Shown: one piece after another, positions 61,970 to 64,000 of the stretch
How the letters are laid out: every line of letters starts with the position of its first letter
Position numbering within the stretch: the stretch's first letter is position 1
Source of the DNA: an uncultured Verrucomicrobiae bacterium
GTDB taxonomy: Bacteria > Verrucomicrobiota > Verrucomicrobiia > Palsa-1439
Assembly (NCBI GenBank): GCA_963812605.1
Contig: CAWEWF010000014.1
Span: 544,001 to 608,000 of the forward strand
Reading direction: 5' to 3'
DNA: 64,000 nucleotides
Position numbers and translations under genes: made by a program
Notes under the pieces: model-generated
Databases searched by the model: none
What the model was told of the DNA's origin: nothing
The model's input: the letters and a program-made list of their open reading frames with translations, nothing else

Positions 61970-63492
61970 AAACCAAAGGCAAAGTCTATCTGGTAGGCGC
62001 CGGGCCAGGCGACGTTGGGTTGATCACCGTGCGTGGCGTGGAATGCATCCGGGCGGCCGACGTGATTCTGTACGATAATCTTGTCAATACTTCGCTGCTT
62101 CGCGATGCGCGCGCGGATGCGGAATTGATTTTTGTCGGGAAGACGGCCAGGAAACACACCCTGACGCAGGATGAAATCAACGCGCTGCTTGTCGAGAAGG
62201 CCCGTGAAGGCAAAGTCGTCACACGCTTGAAAGGTGGCGATCCATTTGTTTTTGGTCGCGGCGGAGAAGAAGCCGAAGAACTACAAAAGGCCGGGCTCGA
62301 ATTTGAAATCGTGCCGGGCATCAGTTCCTCGATCGCCGCGCCGGCTTATGCGGGCATTCCCGTGACCCATCGGGGCGTGGCGACGGCATTCATGGTGATC
62401 ACGGGGCACGAGGATCCGACCAAGGAAGAAGCCGACGTGGATTGGGCAACCGTGGCGAAGTTTTTCGGAACACGCGTGATCTTGATGGGTGTGGAGCGGA
62501 TCGGAACGATTGCCGATGAATTAATGCGACACGGTGCGCCATCGGAAACACCCGTCGCGATGGTGCGCTGGGGCACCACCGGGAAACAACAGACGATCCA
62601 GGGTACGCTGGCGACCATCGCCAGCGTCGCCACGAAGGCCGATTTCAAACCGCCGGCAGTCACCGTTATCGGTGAGGTGGCGCGGTTGCGCGAAAAACTG
62701 AATTGGTTTGAGCGGCGACCGCTCTTTGGCAAGCGGATCGTCGTGACACGCAGCCGCGAGCAGGCCAGTGAGTTGGTGCGCCAGCTTACCGACCTCGGCG
62801 CTGACGTGCTGGAGATTCCGACGATTCGCATCCAGCCGCCAAAGAAAGTCGCGCCATTGCGCGAAGCAATCGCCGGCATCGGCGTCTATGATTGGCTGGT
62901 CTTTACGAGCCCCAACGGCGTGGACGCCTTCTTCCACGCGTTCTTCGCGCGCTACAAGGACATTCGCGGGATCGGCGCTGTGAAAATCGCGACTATCGGC
63001 GCGGTGACGGCCCAGAAAGTCGGCGAATTGCATCTCGAAGTGGACCTGCAACCCGAAGAGTTTACTACCGAAGCGCTGCTGGCGGAGTTCAAGAAGTCGG
63101 TGAGTTGCGAGAACCTGAAAATGCTTCTGCCGCGGGCCGATTTGGCCGACCAGCGGCTGGCGCGTGGCCTAGAAGATTTGGGCGCGATTGTCGATGATCT
63201 GGATGCGTACCAGACCGTGCCCGATACGGAAGACCGCAACGGCCACCGGGCTCGGCTCCTCAGCGAAGGGGCTGATCTGGTGACATTCACGAGTTCATCG
63301 ACAGTGATTAATTTTTGCAATCTCCTGGATGTGCCCGGGTTATGTGCAAAATTTCCGCAACTGCGGTTTGCCAGCATTGGGCCACAAACGTCGCAGGCGG
63401 CGCGCGACAAAGGATTGGAGATCGCCGTGGAAGCAAAAGTGCATACGATCCCCGGTCTGGTGGACGCGATCATGGCGTTCATGGTGAAATAA
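61966..63492 (+). CDS. cobA/hemD: Uroporphyrinogen-III C-methyltransferase / synthase fusion
   Basis: VYLVGAGPGD, RLKGGDPFVFGRGGEE, GIPVTHR; VVTR..QA, FTSPNGV, FTSSSTV, SIGPQT. Confidence 0.95.
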   Translation: MKTKGKVYLVGAGPGDVGLITVRGVECIRAADVILYDNLVNTSLLRDARADAELIFVGKTARKHTLTQDEINALLVEKAREGKVVTRLKGGDPFVFGRGGEEAEELQKAGLEFEIVPGISSSIAAPAYAGIPVTHRGVATAFMVITGHEDPTKEEADVDWATVAKFFGTRVILMGVERIGTIADELMRHGAPSETPVAMVRWGTTGKQQTIQGTLATIASVATKADFKPPAVTVIGEVARLREKLNWFERRPLFGKRIVVTRSREQASELVRQLTDLGADVLEIPTIRIQPPKKVAPLREAIAGIGVYDWLVFTSPNGVDAFFHAFFARYKDIRGIGAVKIATIGAVTAQKVGELHLEVDLQPEEFTTEALLAEFKKSVSCENLKMLLPRADLADQRLARGLEDLGAIVDDLDAYQTVPDTEDRNGHRARLLSEGADLVTFTSSSTVINFCNLLDVPGLCAKFPQLRFASIGPQTSQAARDKGLEIAVEAKVHTIPGLVDAIMAFMVK

Positions 63493-63719
63493 TGCTCGGC
63501 GCGATACCAATTATCGCCGACAACCGGATCCGCGTCGCGATGGAGCAGGGTGAATTTGACCACCTTGAAGGCGCAGGCCAACCGGTCCACGATCTCGATA
63601 GCCATTACGATCCCGACTGGTGGCTCAAGCGGAAATTGCAACGCGAGGAATTGACAGCCGATGACATGGCGGTGACACGGGAAAAGTTGAACCAGGTGCG
63701 GTCACAAAGGAATTCATGA
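63492..63719 (+). CDS. DUF1992-like small protein
   Basis: IADNRIRVAMEQGEFDHLEGAGQP...DPDWWLKRK. Confidence 0.85.
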   Translation: MLGAIPIIADNRIRVAMEQGEFDHLEGAGQPVHDLDSHYDPDWWLKRKLQREELTADDMAVTREKLNQVRSQRNS

Positions 63720-64000
63720 CCAAGGAAGAACATTACGACGACGGAATGGCGGAGTTCGCGATGGCAGAGTACGAGAAGGCCATCGCGTGTTATCGAAAGG
63801 CCGTGGAACTTGCCCCGGATTATTTCGACGCGTGGCATGCGCTCGGGATGGCCTACCTGCGCGCCAGCAAAATCCCCGAGGCCATCGAAGCCGGCAAGCG
63901 CGCGATCAAGATCAATCCAAACGACATGCTCGCGCACACCAGCCTCTCGATGTACTACATGAAGGCCGGCGACAAAGCCGCCGCCGAAAAAGAAAAAGGC
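63716..64000 (+). CDS. TPR protein (partial, runs off window)
   Basis: MTKEEHYDDG...AIACYRKAVELAPDYFDAWHALGMAY...AHTSLSMYY. Confidence 0.85.
   Translation, partial: MTKEEHYDDGMAEFAMAEYEKAIACYRKAVELAPDYFDAWHALGMAYLRASKIPEAIEAGKRAIKINPNDMLAHTSLSMYYMKAGDKAAAEKEKG

Noticed and set aside
60973-63492. Apparent HemC-CobA-HemD triple fusion (839 aa)
   Set aside because: The HemC C-terminus reads naturally in another frame (DGKNVHRAEVIG..DPREVGERAA), and CTCGGATGA gives a stop overlapping the cobA ATG at 61966. Compensating indels most likely create the fusion.

Overview
High-GC bacterial chromosome segment that looks like Verrucomicrobiota/PVC: fused lpxC-fabZ, PEP-CTERM proteins, 'DGDG..NL.E..GTDP...F.R.R' C-termini and PVC-style REP palindromes. 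It is mostly housekeeping: pgm, ctpA, tsaD, sdhCAB, nagZ, udg, liv ABC transporter, lpxC/fabZ-lpxA-glpX-rho, gcvTHP, rib operon with nusB/ftsY, rnpB, and the sirC-ccsA-hemA-hemC-cobA/hemD cluster. Many single-base indels, including in core genes, point to an uncorrected long-read assembly. The unexplained structure lies in small accessory pockets. (1) Two inverted copies of a non-coding composite element sit just upstream of lpxA and gcvT. Each has a conserved ~210-bp head with a promoter-like motif, a variable stack of REP half-palindromes from different families, and a tail of two 14-bp inverted arms exactly 71 bp apart whose sequences co-vary between copies. (2) Integrase-free insertions are bracketed by diverged duplicates of host gene ends: the fabZ 3' end with only synonymous changes, and the livH 5' end around a decayed toxin-antitoxin pair. 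(3) A two-cassette mini-array follows a tRNA 3'-end remnant. (4) A REP copy sits in frame inside ftsY. (5) Two proteins are odd: a LivG with a transmembrane insert and a stand-alone DnaD-N-like winged helix. No integrase, transposase, RAYT or CRISPR array was found. All family assignments come from motif recognition by eye, not database searches.
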